Positions 17,651 through 26,096 of a stretch of 56,483 bases of DNA are shown piece after piece. The number at the start of each line of letters is the position of its first letter. Positions within the stretch are counted from its first letter, which is position 1. The stretch covers positions 1 to 56,483 of the IMG/VR virus record IMGVR_UViG_3300047388_000152; one strand, 5' to 3'. This stretch comes from a virus. Lineage: Duplodnaviria > Caudoviricetes. The position numbers and the translations under genes were made by a program. Under the pieces are notes generated by a model. That model searched no databases. It saw only the letters and a program-made list of their open reading frames with translations, and was not told the DNA's origin.

Positions 17651-19971
17651 TTCCAAACAACGTAGACCTTGAGAAACTGATGATTGGCGTTGCCCTGTTG
17701 GAACGTCGATTAACCTACGACCTCAAGCAGTTGTCTACTGTGGATTTTTACAATGCTCGTTTTTCTCGCGTTTGGGGTGTGATTGTTGAACTAGACGAGG
17801 AGAATGAACCCCTAGACATCGGCGTTATTCACCAACGGGTCAAAATTGAGGACTTTAGGCTTACAGAACTGTCTCAGTTGACCATTGGCGTTGCGTCTCT
17901 AACGACTCTGGGGAAAGAGGTGAAAATCCTCAAGAACCTCACAGCCCTTAGAACTCTACAGCGTGGATTCTCCGAGATAGGCGACAGGATTGAACACAAG
18001 GCCGACATAGATTCTATTGTTCTGGATGCCGAGAACCTACTGGAAACCGTCAAAGCAGACAGGAACGTGGTTGTGGGCACTTCAAAACCTGTAGCTCAAG
18101 TGTTTGAGCAAGACGTGTTTCCTCGCATCGACAAGTACGTGTCAGGAGAACTCGTCAAACTTCCCTTTGGGTTCGATTTATTGGATAGGTCAACTAATGG
18201 CGGTGTGGCTTTGGGTGAGCTTGTAATCTTTGGTGCCAAGCCCAAGGCGGGGAAGGCTCTAGCATTAGACACGCCCATTCCGACACCGCACGGGTGGACG
18301 ATAATGGAAGCTCTCAATGTAGGCGATGAGGTTTTCGATGAAAACGGACACATTTGCCGTGTCGTAGCCGCCACGGAGACGATGCACGATAGAGAATGTT
18401 ATCGAATATGGTTTGATGACGGCACCGACATCGTAGCAGACGCTGACCACCAATGGCTTACTCGCACTCAGAAAGCCCGTCGAAGTGAAACCCAGCTCCG
18501 TAATCGGAAAAAGCACGTTCCACAGCCCGACCCGCGTTTTTCTCGTGACAAGTCTGACCAACGGGAATTTGCTTCTATCAAGACAACGCGAGACATAGCG
18601 GAGACTGTTTACGACCCTAAAGATGGACGAGTAAATCACTACGTCCCCGTCTGCAAGCCCATCGACCTGCCAAAGAAAAACCTACCACTCGACCCTTACC
18701 TGTTGGGTGTATGGCTAGGTGACGGTAAAACGACCGATAGCCGTATCTACTCAGCGGACATCGAAGTGGTCAACGAGATTGAGCGGGCGGGTTATGAAAT
18801 ACGCAAAACTCGCACGGGCAAGTATGAGTATCGGGTTTATAAAATAAACCCTATTCTACGCCAAATAGGGGTCTTGGGTCGTAAACATATTCCTCAGCAA
18901 TATCTTAGGTCTTCCAAAAAACAGCGGATAGCCTTACTTCAGGGTTTAATGGACACGGACGGCCACTGTGACACGCGGCGAGGTAATGGAGAATTTACAA
19001 CAACGTCTGCTACGTTGATGACCCATTTCTTAGAGTTGACCGCATCGTTAGGGCTTAGGACTAAGATGTGTGTTGGCAATGCCACGCTGAACGGTAGAGT
19101 TATTAGCCGTAAGTGGAGAGTCACGTTTCACAGTCCGTTCCCAATGTTCCGTTTGTCCCGCAAGTTAGCAGTGCAAAAACGGTCAGGGTTTAAGTGTATT
19201 GATTTTCGAGGCATACGAGGTGTGGAACCGATAGAGAGCGTTCCTGTGCGATGTATTCAGGTGGATTCGCCGTCAAGTCTTTTCTTGGCAGGGAAACACT
19301 TTATTCCTACGCATAACAGTGCTCTGATGCTCCAGATAGCCCGACAGCAGGCAGAACAGGGTATTGAGTGCTATATCTGTTCTCGTGAAATGCTGAATTA
19401 CGAGAACGGCCTGAGACTTATCACGCAGACATCTCCTTACACAGCAAACCATATGCGACCTAATCTCTACCGTGAGACAGGAGAACGCATCAAGGAACAC
19501 GCCAGAGGGATGAAGTTGTCCTTACACTTCGATGACAAAGCTAAGTCGGTCAAAGATGTACGTAAGGAACTGACTCGACTTGAGGACAACGGCATAGACG
19601 TGATGTCAGTGTTCGTGGACTATGTGCAGTTGATGAAAGGGAAAGACACCAACAACCGTGCGGATATGCTTGAGGACATCATCTACGACCTGAAAGATTT
19701 AGCTCTGGAGCGAGAGATAGCCGTCTTTTGCAACGCTCAGTTCAATCGAGAGGGCATAGATGCCCTACGACCTAAGATGAGTGATTTCAAAGGCTCTAGT
19801 GCGATTGAAATGGCAGGAAACCTTATTCTGTTCTGGACTCTAGAACAAGAGATGAATCCAGATACTAAAGCTAGGCACGGTAAGTTTTGGATAGAGGCTG
19901 GGCGTAACGTGGCCTTTGATGAGTTCTCCATTAGGTTCTATGGTGAAAAAGCTCACTTTGAATTAGAGTAG
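17647..19971 (+). CDS. dnaB: Replicative DnaB-like helicase containing an intein
   Basis: Spliced Walker A GAKPKAGK|S, SREM, VDYVQL, AQFNR, KGSSAIE. Confidence 0.92.
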   Translation: MIPNNVDLEKLMIGVALLERRLTYDLKQLSTVDFYNARFSRVWGVIVELDEENEPLDIGVIHQRVKIEDFRLTELSQLTIGVASLTTLGKEVKILKNLTALRTLQRGFSEIGDRIEHKADIDSIVLDAENLLETVKADRNVVVGTSKPVAQVFEQDVFPRIDKYVSGELVKLPFGFDLLDRSTNGGVALGELVIFGAKPKAGKALALDTPIPTPHGWTIMEALNVGDEVFDENGHICRVVAATETMHDRECYRIWFDDGTDIVADADHQWLTRTQKARRSETQLRNRKKHVPQPDPRFSRDKSDQREFASIKTTRDIAETVYDPKDGRVNHYVPVCKPIDLPKKNLPLDPYLLGVWLGDGKTTDSRIYSADIEVVNEIERAGYEIRKTRTGKYEYRVYKINPILRQIGVLGRKHIPQQYLRSSKKQRIALLQGLMDTDGHCDTRRGNGEFTTTSATLMTHFLELTASLGLRTKMCVGNATLNGRVISRKWRVTFHSPFPMFRLSRKLAVQKRSGFKCIDFRGIRGVEPIESVPVRCIQVDSPSSLFLAGKHFIPTHNSALMLQIARQQAEQGIECYICSREMLNYENGLRLITQTSPYTANHMRPNLYRETGERIKEHARGMKLSLHFDDKAKSVKDVRKELTRLEDNGIDVMSVFVDYVQLMKGKDTNNRADMLEDIIYDLKDLALEREIAVFCNAQFNREGIDALRPKMSDFKGSSAIEMAGNLILFWTLEQEMNPDTKARHGKFWIEAGRNVAFDEFSIRFYGEKAHFELE
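18256..19317 (+). mobile_element. Class 3 intein with LAGLIDADG endonuclease (354 aa)
   Basis: Starts ALALDTP, ends PTHN|S; W (DHQW), C (VRCIQV), T (PTHN) signature; LGVWLGDG and LQGLMDTDG. Confidence 0.9.
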
Positions 19972-20053
19972 TGCGGTATACTGGAGACGAGGCGTTTGAG
20001 TGAGTCACCACTCATAGCCTCTGACCACATTTCAACAATAGAGGTGTTCAAAT

Positions 20054-20572
20054 ATGGCTACTGCCAGTATACGCAATCATCCCTTAAGGGGAAAACATTG
20101 TCCCGTTAATGAATCCCGTCCTGACTGTCTGGTTAATTTCTGGGCACGAGTTGCCATCAGTGGTGAAGATGAGTGTTGGGAATGGCAAGGCGCTCGTCAG
20201 TCCCAGAATTACGGGAATTTAAGGTTCAACGGGCGACCCCACAAAGCTCACCGTGTAGCGTTCTACCTGACCTACGGGCATTGGCCTATTCCTAAGTGCT
20301 TGCATTCCTGTGACAACCCGCCGTGCGTCAATCCGGCCCACTTATCCGAGGGCACTCAGTTGGATAATGTACGACAGGCGAAAGAGCGCGGTAGACTGCG
20401 ACCCGTTCGTGGCGAGAATGCGGTTCGCACTTCTCTTAAGAACGCTGACATCCAGAAAATACGTCAACGATTAGGGGCGGGTGAAGCCCCTCTTAGCATT
20501 GCGAAGGCATTTGGAGTCGAACGTCCTGTGATTTATCAAATCAAGTGTGGTAAAAACTGGGCGTCGGTTTGA
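20054..20572 (+). CDS. HNH (His-Cys box-like) homing endonuclease with HTH
   Basis: ECWEWQG..YG..AHRVA..HSCDNPPCVNPAHL..GT..DN. Confidence 0.9.
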   Translation: MATASIRNHPLRGKHCPVNESRPDCLVNFWARVAISGEDECWEWQGARQSQNYGNLRFNGRPHKAHRVAFYLTYGHWPIPKCLHSCDNPPCVNPAHLSEGTQLDNVRQAKERGRLRPVRGENAVRTSLKNADIQKIRQRLGAGEAPLSIAKAFGVERPVIYQIKCGKNWASV

Positions 20573-20624
20573 TGCGTTCGACTTGATGTTCTACGGCGAG
20601 AAAGCGACGTTTGAATTGCAGTAG
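20568..20624 (+). pseudogene. Orphaned alternative 3' end of dnaB (FDAFDLMFYGEKATFELQ*)
   Basis: 12/18 aa identical to FDEFSIRFYGEKAHFELE* at 19915-19971. Confidence 0.9.
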
Positions 20625-20721
20625 GAGAGCAAATGTCTACTAAAAGTACCATTTTGTATGATGGCAAAGGGCTTCATTTTTATGGGAGTAATATACTTGC
20701 CTCAGTAGAGGAGGTGGGTAT

Positions 20722-21807
20722 ATGCTAGGTGCGTGCAGCACGCGGTTGGCTGCGTACCTGACGCGTGAATCTCATTTTAGACCAAACGCTGTAATTGGCT
20801 TTACCTCTATGGAACTCGAACCCCTCGACGGTTATGTCGATGCGAGCGGTAATCAAAACACCGTCGATGACAAAGTGTTGACGGTGAACGGGGTCTTAAG
20901 TACGCCGGAACTTTGGAATGAATTTGACCGAGAGTGGCAGGAATTTTTGAAAGGTAAATGTTGGCGGGCGAATGAGAATGGTAAGTACGTCTTTCACGCG
21001 ACCGATTTTTGGGCTGATGATTGCGACTATGCGCCCAAAGGTCTTTCAACCACTTTCAAAAAGATTATTTATGGACACCTTCTAACGCTCATTAAAAGGT
21101 ACAGTCTGTGGCGTTTTGGAATGGCCGTTCTACTCGATGATCTGCGTAATTTTGAGAAGGAAGTGCCGCACGCTCGGGAGTTTGTTCTTAGTAAAGCCGG
21201 AACTATGCTTAGTAAGCTTTGTTTTGATGTGAACTCCGATTGGGCTGCGCGAACTAACAAATATGATCCTTCGATAACATATGTGTTTGAGTCCGGGGAT
21301 GAGTGGTTTGGTGAGTTGGAAACCCAATTTAATACGGTTCGCAAACAATACCGAGGACGAGAACGGGAATTGACGGTATACGCCTTGGATGATCGGCCTA
21401 AAGACGACTATTCGCCCTTACAGGCGGCCGATATTATTGCTTGGGAATGTCGGCAATACTTTTTAAAGGGAGCAAAAGACCGAGACGCATTGCTTGCGGG
21501 CAAGATAAAACCGCGCCCTGAGCTGAGCTTTCTCCACGTCGAAGGTGAGAGCAGTTTTGCTATCTTTGACGAGCATCACATTGAGAGCCACTTTCAACGG
21601 CTAGTTGCGGATCGGCTAGAGGGAGCCAATATTGATCCGAATGTTCGTCTAATTGGCGATGGGAATCCGTTTACGGATCTTGGTCAGTTAGGGCGCCATA
21701 TTGTCGATGAAGTGAAAAAGTTAGAGGTGGCAGACGTGAAAGCGAGACAGGCAGAAGCTCGGGCTAGGTATGAAGCAACAAAAAGTGACAAAAAAGATGC
21801 AAGATAA
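20722..21807 (+). CDS. IS passenger: DUF3800-like (RNase H-fold) protein
   Basis: YVDASG...FHATD...PLQAADIIAW. Confidence 0.75.
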   Translation: MLGACSTRLAAYLTRESHFRPNAVIGFTSMELEPLDGYVDASGNQNTVDDKVLTVNGVLSTPELWNEFDREWQEFLKGKCWRANENGKYVFHATDFWADDCDYAPKGLSTTFKKIIYGHLLTLIKRYSLWRFGMAVLLDDLRNFEKEVPHAREFVLSKAGTMLSKLCFDVNSDWAARTNKYDPSITYVFESGDEWFGELETQFNTVRKQYRGRERELTVYALDDRPKDDYSPLQAADIIAWECRQYFLKGAKDRDALLAGKIKPRPELSFLHVEGESSFAIFDEHHIESHFQRLVADRLEGANIDPNVRLIGDGNPFTDLGQLGRHIVDEVKKLEVADVKARQAEARARYEATKSDKKDAR

Positions 21808-21937
21808 ACTCGAAATGAAGAACGATGGCAAGGACGCGGATCGCTTTCAGAAGATGCTAAAGACCGTTGTGAGCGTCCCGAAAGATGAGGTCAAAAAGTA
21901 CGAGGCTAAGCAAAAGAAAAAGCCCAAGAAGTCTTAG
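21797..21937 (+). CDS. Small basic IS-associated ORF
   Basis: 46 aa: ...RFQKMLKTVVSVPKDEVKK... Confidence 0.55.
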   Translation: MQDKLEMKNDGKDADRFQKMLKTVVSVPKDEVKKYEAKQKKKPKKS

Positions 21938-21973
21938 CCTTTCCGTTTCTTACCACGCTGTTTCTGAGGCCAA

Positions 21974-22933
21974 TTAGTGGCCTTCTAATGAATAGCCGAT
22001 TAGCGATGCATAGGTGAGACGTTTGCCGCTAATCGACTCAAGCAGACGAACGAAGCGAATCTGGTCGTTAGTCTCGCGTTCGTTATATCTGAACATTTGC
22101 TCCTCGACGTACTTTTGAAGATGTGCAGGCGATACGGAAATGTAAGTGCCCTTGATGGTTCGCTTGAGAAGCGACCAGAAGTTCTCAATCGAGTTCGTAT
22201 GCACATTGCCACGAACGTACTCGTGAGCGTGATTGATAACTTCGTGACGGTACTCCTCGACCATCTGGTAAATCTTGCGGTAGCCGCCAGCGTCGTCGGT
22301 CATAACAACCGAACCCGCTTCGATGTTTTCAGCGATAGCGGTCTGGCAAGTCTCAGTGTCCGCAATCTTGATAACCCTAGCCCGAACCTTGCCGCCACGC
22401 TGAACCATACCCATAACGCCAGTCTTGACGGTATAGCCGCGAGTCATATTAAGTTCCTTGCGTTTCTTGGCGTGCATATTCCGCGACTTGCCGCCGATGT
22501 AGGTTTCGTCCATCTCGACCGTACCGGAAAGCTTCTCGATGGTTCCGAGCGTCATAGCGGTGCGGATGCGGTGAAGCACGAACCACGCGCTTTTCTGAGT
22601 GATGCCAAGCGCACGGTGAAGCTCGTAGCTGGAGATACCGTTCTTTGCATTCACGATCAGCCACATAGCGAGGAGCCACTTTTCGAGGGCGATAGCCGAA
22701 TCCTCAAAGATGGTTCCGACCTTAACGCTGAATTGCTTTTTGCACTCTTTGTTCTTGCACTGCCAGACCTTACGAGCGGCCATAAAGTGGTTGTTCTTTT
22801 CACCGCACTTTGGGCATACGGCTTGACCGTCAGACCATCGCATCGCGGCGATAAGGTCGATACAGAATTGCTCGTCAGCAAAGGCTTTCGCGGCATCTTG
22901 GAGCGTCTTTGGCAGTGGCGTTTCGTTAACCAT
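21974..22933 (-). CDS. IS1595-family DDE transposase
   Basis: Zinc ribbon CPKC..C..C, EMDETYIGG, MTDD, HTNSIENFWSLLKR. Confidence 0.95.
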   Translation of the reverse strand: MVNETPLPKTLQDAAKAFADEQFCIDLIAAMRWSDGQAVCPKCGEKNNHFMAARKVWQCKNKECKKQFSVKVGTIFEDSAIALEKWLLAMWLIVNAKNGISSYELHRALGITQKSAWFVLHRIRTAMTLGTIEKLSGTVEMDETYIGGKSRNMHAKKRKELNMTRGYTVKTGVMGMVQRGGKVRARVIKIADTETCQTAIAENIEAGSVVMTDDAGGYRKIYQMVEEYRHEVINHAHEYVRGNVHTNSIENFWSLLKRTIKGTYISVSPAHLQKYVEEQMFRYNERETNDQIRFVRLLESISGKRLTYASLIGYSLEGH

Positions 22934-23389
22934 AGACAGAGTTTCGCATAGAATGCTTACTGTGTCAAGTATATTAGTGCCATTTTTATGAAGACTGCTT
23001 TGATACGGAATATGTCTTCCTCGAACTGGGGTCTGGAGTCTGCAAGCATAGCTATCATACCGATACCGTTGCTATCCCCCGTTATATGTGGGAAGTCTTG
23101 CGTGAGCTAGCGCCTACTGATTTAAGTTTAGCGTCTAAGACTGATGCAGAGCTAGAGCAAATGGCTCTGGAACGTGCGAATACGGATATTGCACAGTATC
23201 GGGCAGACAAGAAAGGGCTTCCTCAGATGGTGACATTCCATCGAATATGGGGACATCACAGGTCGCGTAAGGCGCAAGTAGCTATCCATCTTGAGGCATA
23301 CCGAGAACAACGAAAAAACCAAAAGGCAATTCTACGCAAGGCCAATGCTCTGAGACGTTTCAATCAAAAGGATTAAATGGAGGCATCTT

Positions 23390-23626
23390 ATGAATCGAGG
23401 AAACCCTAACGGCCTACCAATGGCCATCAAAAACCGGAAAGATAAGTATGTCGGCCCGACAGTAGGTCAGAAACTGCACATCCTCGAAGCTCAGGTCGAG
23501 TTAATGACTCAATCACTAGAGGACATTAAGGAGAGAACTGATTGTCCAGATGCCCTAAGACTGGCTATAGGGGCGTTGAAAAGAAGTAAGTGGATAAGCG
23601 AACAGTGGCAAAAATGGCAAGACTGA
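23390..23626 (+). CDS. Hypothetical protein
   Basis: SD GGAGG. Confidence 0.6.
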   Translation: MNRGNPNGLPMAIKNRKDKYVGPTVGQKLHILEAQVELMTQSLEDIKERTDCPDALRLAIGALKRSKWISEQWQKWQD

Positions 23627-23808
23627 AAAGGTCGGACACCAATCAGTATCACCTCTGGGGATACAACACGTCGACTGGTCAGCATCTTTTGATGAATTGG
23701 ATGGGGCTTCTGTGTCTAAACACCGCCGTGATGCATTCAATTCAAGGTAACGACTACGCAAAACAGAACGAGATGGATGAGCTTTTCTATGTCCAAGCCG
23801 CAGATTGA
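23614..23808 (+). CDS. Small protein, family C
   Basis: KRSDTNQYHLW...CLNTAV. Confidence 0.65.
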   Translation: MARLKRSDTNQYHLWGYNTSTGQHLLMNWMGLLCLNTAVMHSIQGNDYAKQNEMDELFYVQAAD

Positions 23809-24007
23809 GTTCTTAGGCAGAAGTCCCGTGGGGCAATACGAGATAGCATGGTTAGGTGACAGGAATAATTGGTTCTGGTATATGCCTCAGAGCCTTAATG
23901 AGGTGGTCTCTGTTTACACTACACGAATAATCCAAGATGGATGGGATAACACAAGATGGAGAGTACGCCCAGCGCTCTACGGGCCGGCAGTTGAACCGCT
24001 TTTTTGA
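23789..24007 (+). CDS. Small protein, family C
   Basis: GRSPVGQYEIAW...SLNEVV...WRVRP. Confidence 0.7.
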   Translation: MSKPQIEFLGRSPVGQYEIAWLGDRNNWFWYMPQSLNEVVSVYTTRIIQDGWDNTRWRVRPALYGPAVEPLF

Positions 24008-24215
24008 GAGGTCAGAGGCGAATCTCTATCACGTTAAATGGTTTAGGAATGGACAGTGGAGAGTCCTGTACTCGTATGGGGAACTATCGTTGAATAAAGC
24101 ACAAGATATTTGTGTTAATCGTAACGCACACATTCCTATGAGCACTCTTGTTATGGTGAAAAATGACAAGACCCTTAAATATGACGTTGAACCTGCATCT
24201 CCAATCCCGTTCTAA
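23937..24215 (+). CDS. Small protein, family C (start uncertain)
   Basis: ERSEANLYHVKW...SLNKA. Confidence 0.65.
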   Translation: MDGITQDGEYAQRSTGRQLNRFFERSEANLYHVKWFRNGQWRVLYSYGELSLNKAQDICVNRNAHIPMSTLVMVKNDKTLKYDVEPASPIPF

Positions 24216-24630
24216 AACAAACAAGTATCGAATTAAGTATCGAGAGGTGGGTAAGAAATGGTCAAAGACGGGTTTTGCTTCAACCCTTAATGAAGCCGTT
24301 GAGACGGCTCATATCACGCAATATCCCGTCACGCGTAAGAATTACATTCTCACGGGACTTGGGAATGCGACCATCACGGTTGATTACGCTACGGGTACAA
24401 CGGGTTTTCTTGTCCCTAAGATGGAGTTCAGGATAGTTCCTTGGAGACCTGACTTTTACTACCTCCGATGGGCACTTTGCTATATACAAATAGCAACGAT
24501 GTTGTTCAGCGTGGTAGTAGGCACTTGGCTTGCTATTGACGGAGAATGGCTGTCTGTATTGAATTTCGGGTCTGCGGCTGTGAATCTGATAGTACTGATG
24601 TGGCTATGGAAAAATCTCCCAAGAAAATAG
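24163..24630 (+). CDS. Family C domain fused to two transmembrane helices
   Basis: SRSKTNKYRIKY...TLNEAV...FRIVP plus hydrophobic tail. Confidence 0.65.
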   Translation: MTRPLNMTLNLHLQSRSKTNKYRIKYREVGKKWSKTGFASTLNEAVETAHITQYPVTRKNYILTGLGNATITVDYATGTTGFLVPKMEFRIVPWRPDFYYLRWALCYIQIATMLFSVVVGTWLAIDGEWLSVLNFGSAAVNLIVLMWLWKNLPRK

Positions 24631-24812
24631 AGAGGTCTCCGAGCGGTCGCTATGTCCTTGAATACTACTGTTCGGAACAGTGGCGTGCAGTGCTTCGCAT
24701 ATTTCCACTAAACATCGCTGTTGAAGAGTCCCTGAAAAGAAATGCAGACAAAAAGTCTTGGTGGCAACACAGGGTCGCGTCTTTTGAGATTTCACAATCC
24801 ACAGATAGTTGA
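24606..24812 (+). CDS. Small protein, family C
   Basis: ERSPSGRYVLEY...PLNIAV. Confidence 0.7.
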   Translation: MEKSPKKIERSPSGRYVLEYYCSEQWRAVLRIFPLNIAVEESLKRNADKKSWWQHRVASFEISQSTDS

Positions 24813-25221
24813 GTCGGTGTTGAGGGACGCTGTTCAAGGTAAGTTTTTGCACCACAACAGACCAGAATCAGAACAAAGACCAGCTAGAACGGTAGAAGAA
24901 GCCCTAGAGAGACTTAAGAGATTAGTTCCTGAGTACAAGTCCTATATTCGAGACGAGAGGCTAAAAGATGTGTACGAGGACTATTCTCAATTAGAGGCTT
25001 TCCTTGCTTCAACTTCGTCGGAAGGCTACTTAGCCACCTCTGACCACATCCGAGAGCTTCTACGTGCCTCCAAGCGTCAGGAATCAACACAAATATCAGA
25101 CCTCTGTACTGAGGCACAGTGGAACTTAATCCTTCGATTGGGCGGAACGGAACCTAGGCCGACAAAGTTGATGGCTGGAAGAATCATAGCTTTTCTGAAA
25201 AAGAAAAATGGAAAAACCTAA
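24742..25221 (+). CDS. Hypothetical protein
   Basis: C-terminal TEAQ..LI..LGG...A.II..L motif; start uncertain. Confidence 0.55.
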   Translation: MQTKSLGGNTGSRLLRFHNPQIVESVLRDAVQGKFLHHNRPESEQRPARTVEEALERLKRLVPEYKSYIRDERLKDVYEDYSQLEAFLASTSSEGYLATSDHIRELLRASKRQESTQISDLCTEAQWNLILRLGGTEPRPTKLMAGRIIAFLKKKNGKT

Positions 25222-25567
25222 GAAGCGTTTCGGAGACGCAGGCTGGTTGGACAGTCCAGATGAACAGTGCTGGCTTGATTCACAAGCATTCCAAGACTTT
25301 CGGCTCAAGGTCGCTGACATCTTGTCAGTACTTGACCGTTGGCCGGATGGTCGTGTAAAAGGTTGGTCTGTACCCGAGTTATTGAGAGCCTTGGGCGACG
25401 ATGCCAACCCACGGTGGATTTACAATGCACTCAAGAATATCGACAACCTTGTGGAAGATGTCTCTGGCTCTCTGATTCGCTATAGAATCTTAGATAGGCC
25501 AGTAAAGGACATCTACGGTAATCCCAACAACTTTAGGATTAGGAAAGATGAAAAACAAAAGGTTTGA
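25208..25567 (+). CDS. Hypothetical protein
   Basis: 119-aa ORF; contains motif copy 5. Confidence 0.6.
   Translation: MEKPKKRFGDAGWLDSPDEQCWLDSQAFQDFRLKVADILSVLDRWPDGRVKGWSVPELLRALGDDANPRWIYNALKNIDNLVEDVSGSLIRYRILDRPVKDIYGNPNNFRIRKDEKQKV
25312..25337 (-). repeat. Bipartite motif copy 5
   Basis: Reverse complement GGTCAAGTA-CTGACA-AGA-TGTCAG-CG, inside a + strand gene. Confidence 0.85.
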
Positions 25568-25763
25568 GCATTTTCAGCGTTCGCCAACAAACCGATATGC
25601 CCTCAATCATTGGGAAATCACACAAGTCGGCTATCCACCGACCCTGTGTTGTGTGTGGCGACAGCAGATGAACTTAAACGAAGCCATTAGGTTTATGGTA
25701 GACGTGGAAGACACTGCTACATCGTGGATCGAATTGGTGAGTGAAGAGTATGAGAAGAACTAA
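25548..25763 (+). CDS. Small protein, family C
   Basis: QRSPTNRYALNHW...NLNEAI. Confidence 0.7.
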   Translation: MKNKRFEHFQRSPTNRYALNHWEITQVGYPPTLCCVWRQQMNLNEAIRFMVDVEDTATSWIELVSEEYEKN

Positions 25764-25907
25764 GAAGGGATTCATCGTCCTCAGAGAGAGCCATAATGCC
25801 TTAGAGGTAATCTGGAAAGGTGTCTACATCCTAGCCGTGATAGGCGTGGTACTTATTGCTCCATGGATGGCACGTAAGGCACTCGAAGAAATCAGGAACG
25901 ATAATAA

Positions 25908-26096
25908 ATGACTTGTCAAAAGAAGGACTTCTTTTCCCGAAGTGCCGCCCAAAGATTCAAAAAGAACACACATCGGAAGTACGGGGATAAGCAGTCGTCT
26001 GTATATCAATGTCCGTCTTGTTCGACTCCCGACAAAGCGGTGTGGCATTTGACCTCAATGCCTCGTGGCAAGCGACAGTACATACGGAGAGATTAA
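25908..26096 (+). CDS. Small zinc-binding protein
   Basis: C.K..F.S...A...YQCPSC...WHLTS. Confidence 0.7.
   Translation: MTCQKKDFFSRSAAQRFKKNTHRKYGDKQSSVYQCPSCSTPDKAVWHLTSMPRGKRQYIRRD

Larger units (their letters stand above)
20684..22981 (-). mobile_element. IS1595-family element with passenger genes
   Basis: Terminal inverted repeats GGGAGTAATATACTTGCCTCAGTA / GGCACTAATATACTTGACACAGTA (20/24); 8-bp TSD ATTTTTAT at 20676-20683 and 22982-22989. Confidence 0.95.
20633..23376 (+). pseudogene. Phage ORF split by IS1595 (MSTKSTILYDGKGLHFY|EDCFDTEYVFLEL...)
   Basis: Removing the IS and one TSD joins 20633-20683 in frame to 22990-23376. Confidence 0.85.

Noticed and set aside
22097-22951. 284-aa + strand ORF, and similar shadows at 42571-43224 and 45342-46007
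   Set aside because: Antisense shadows of the transposase and HNH genes with no recognisable motifs.
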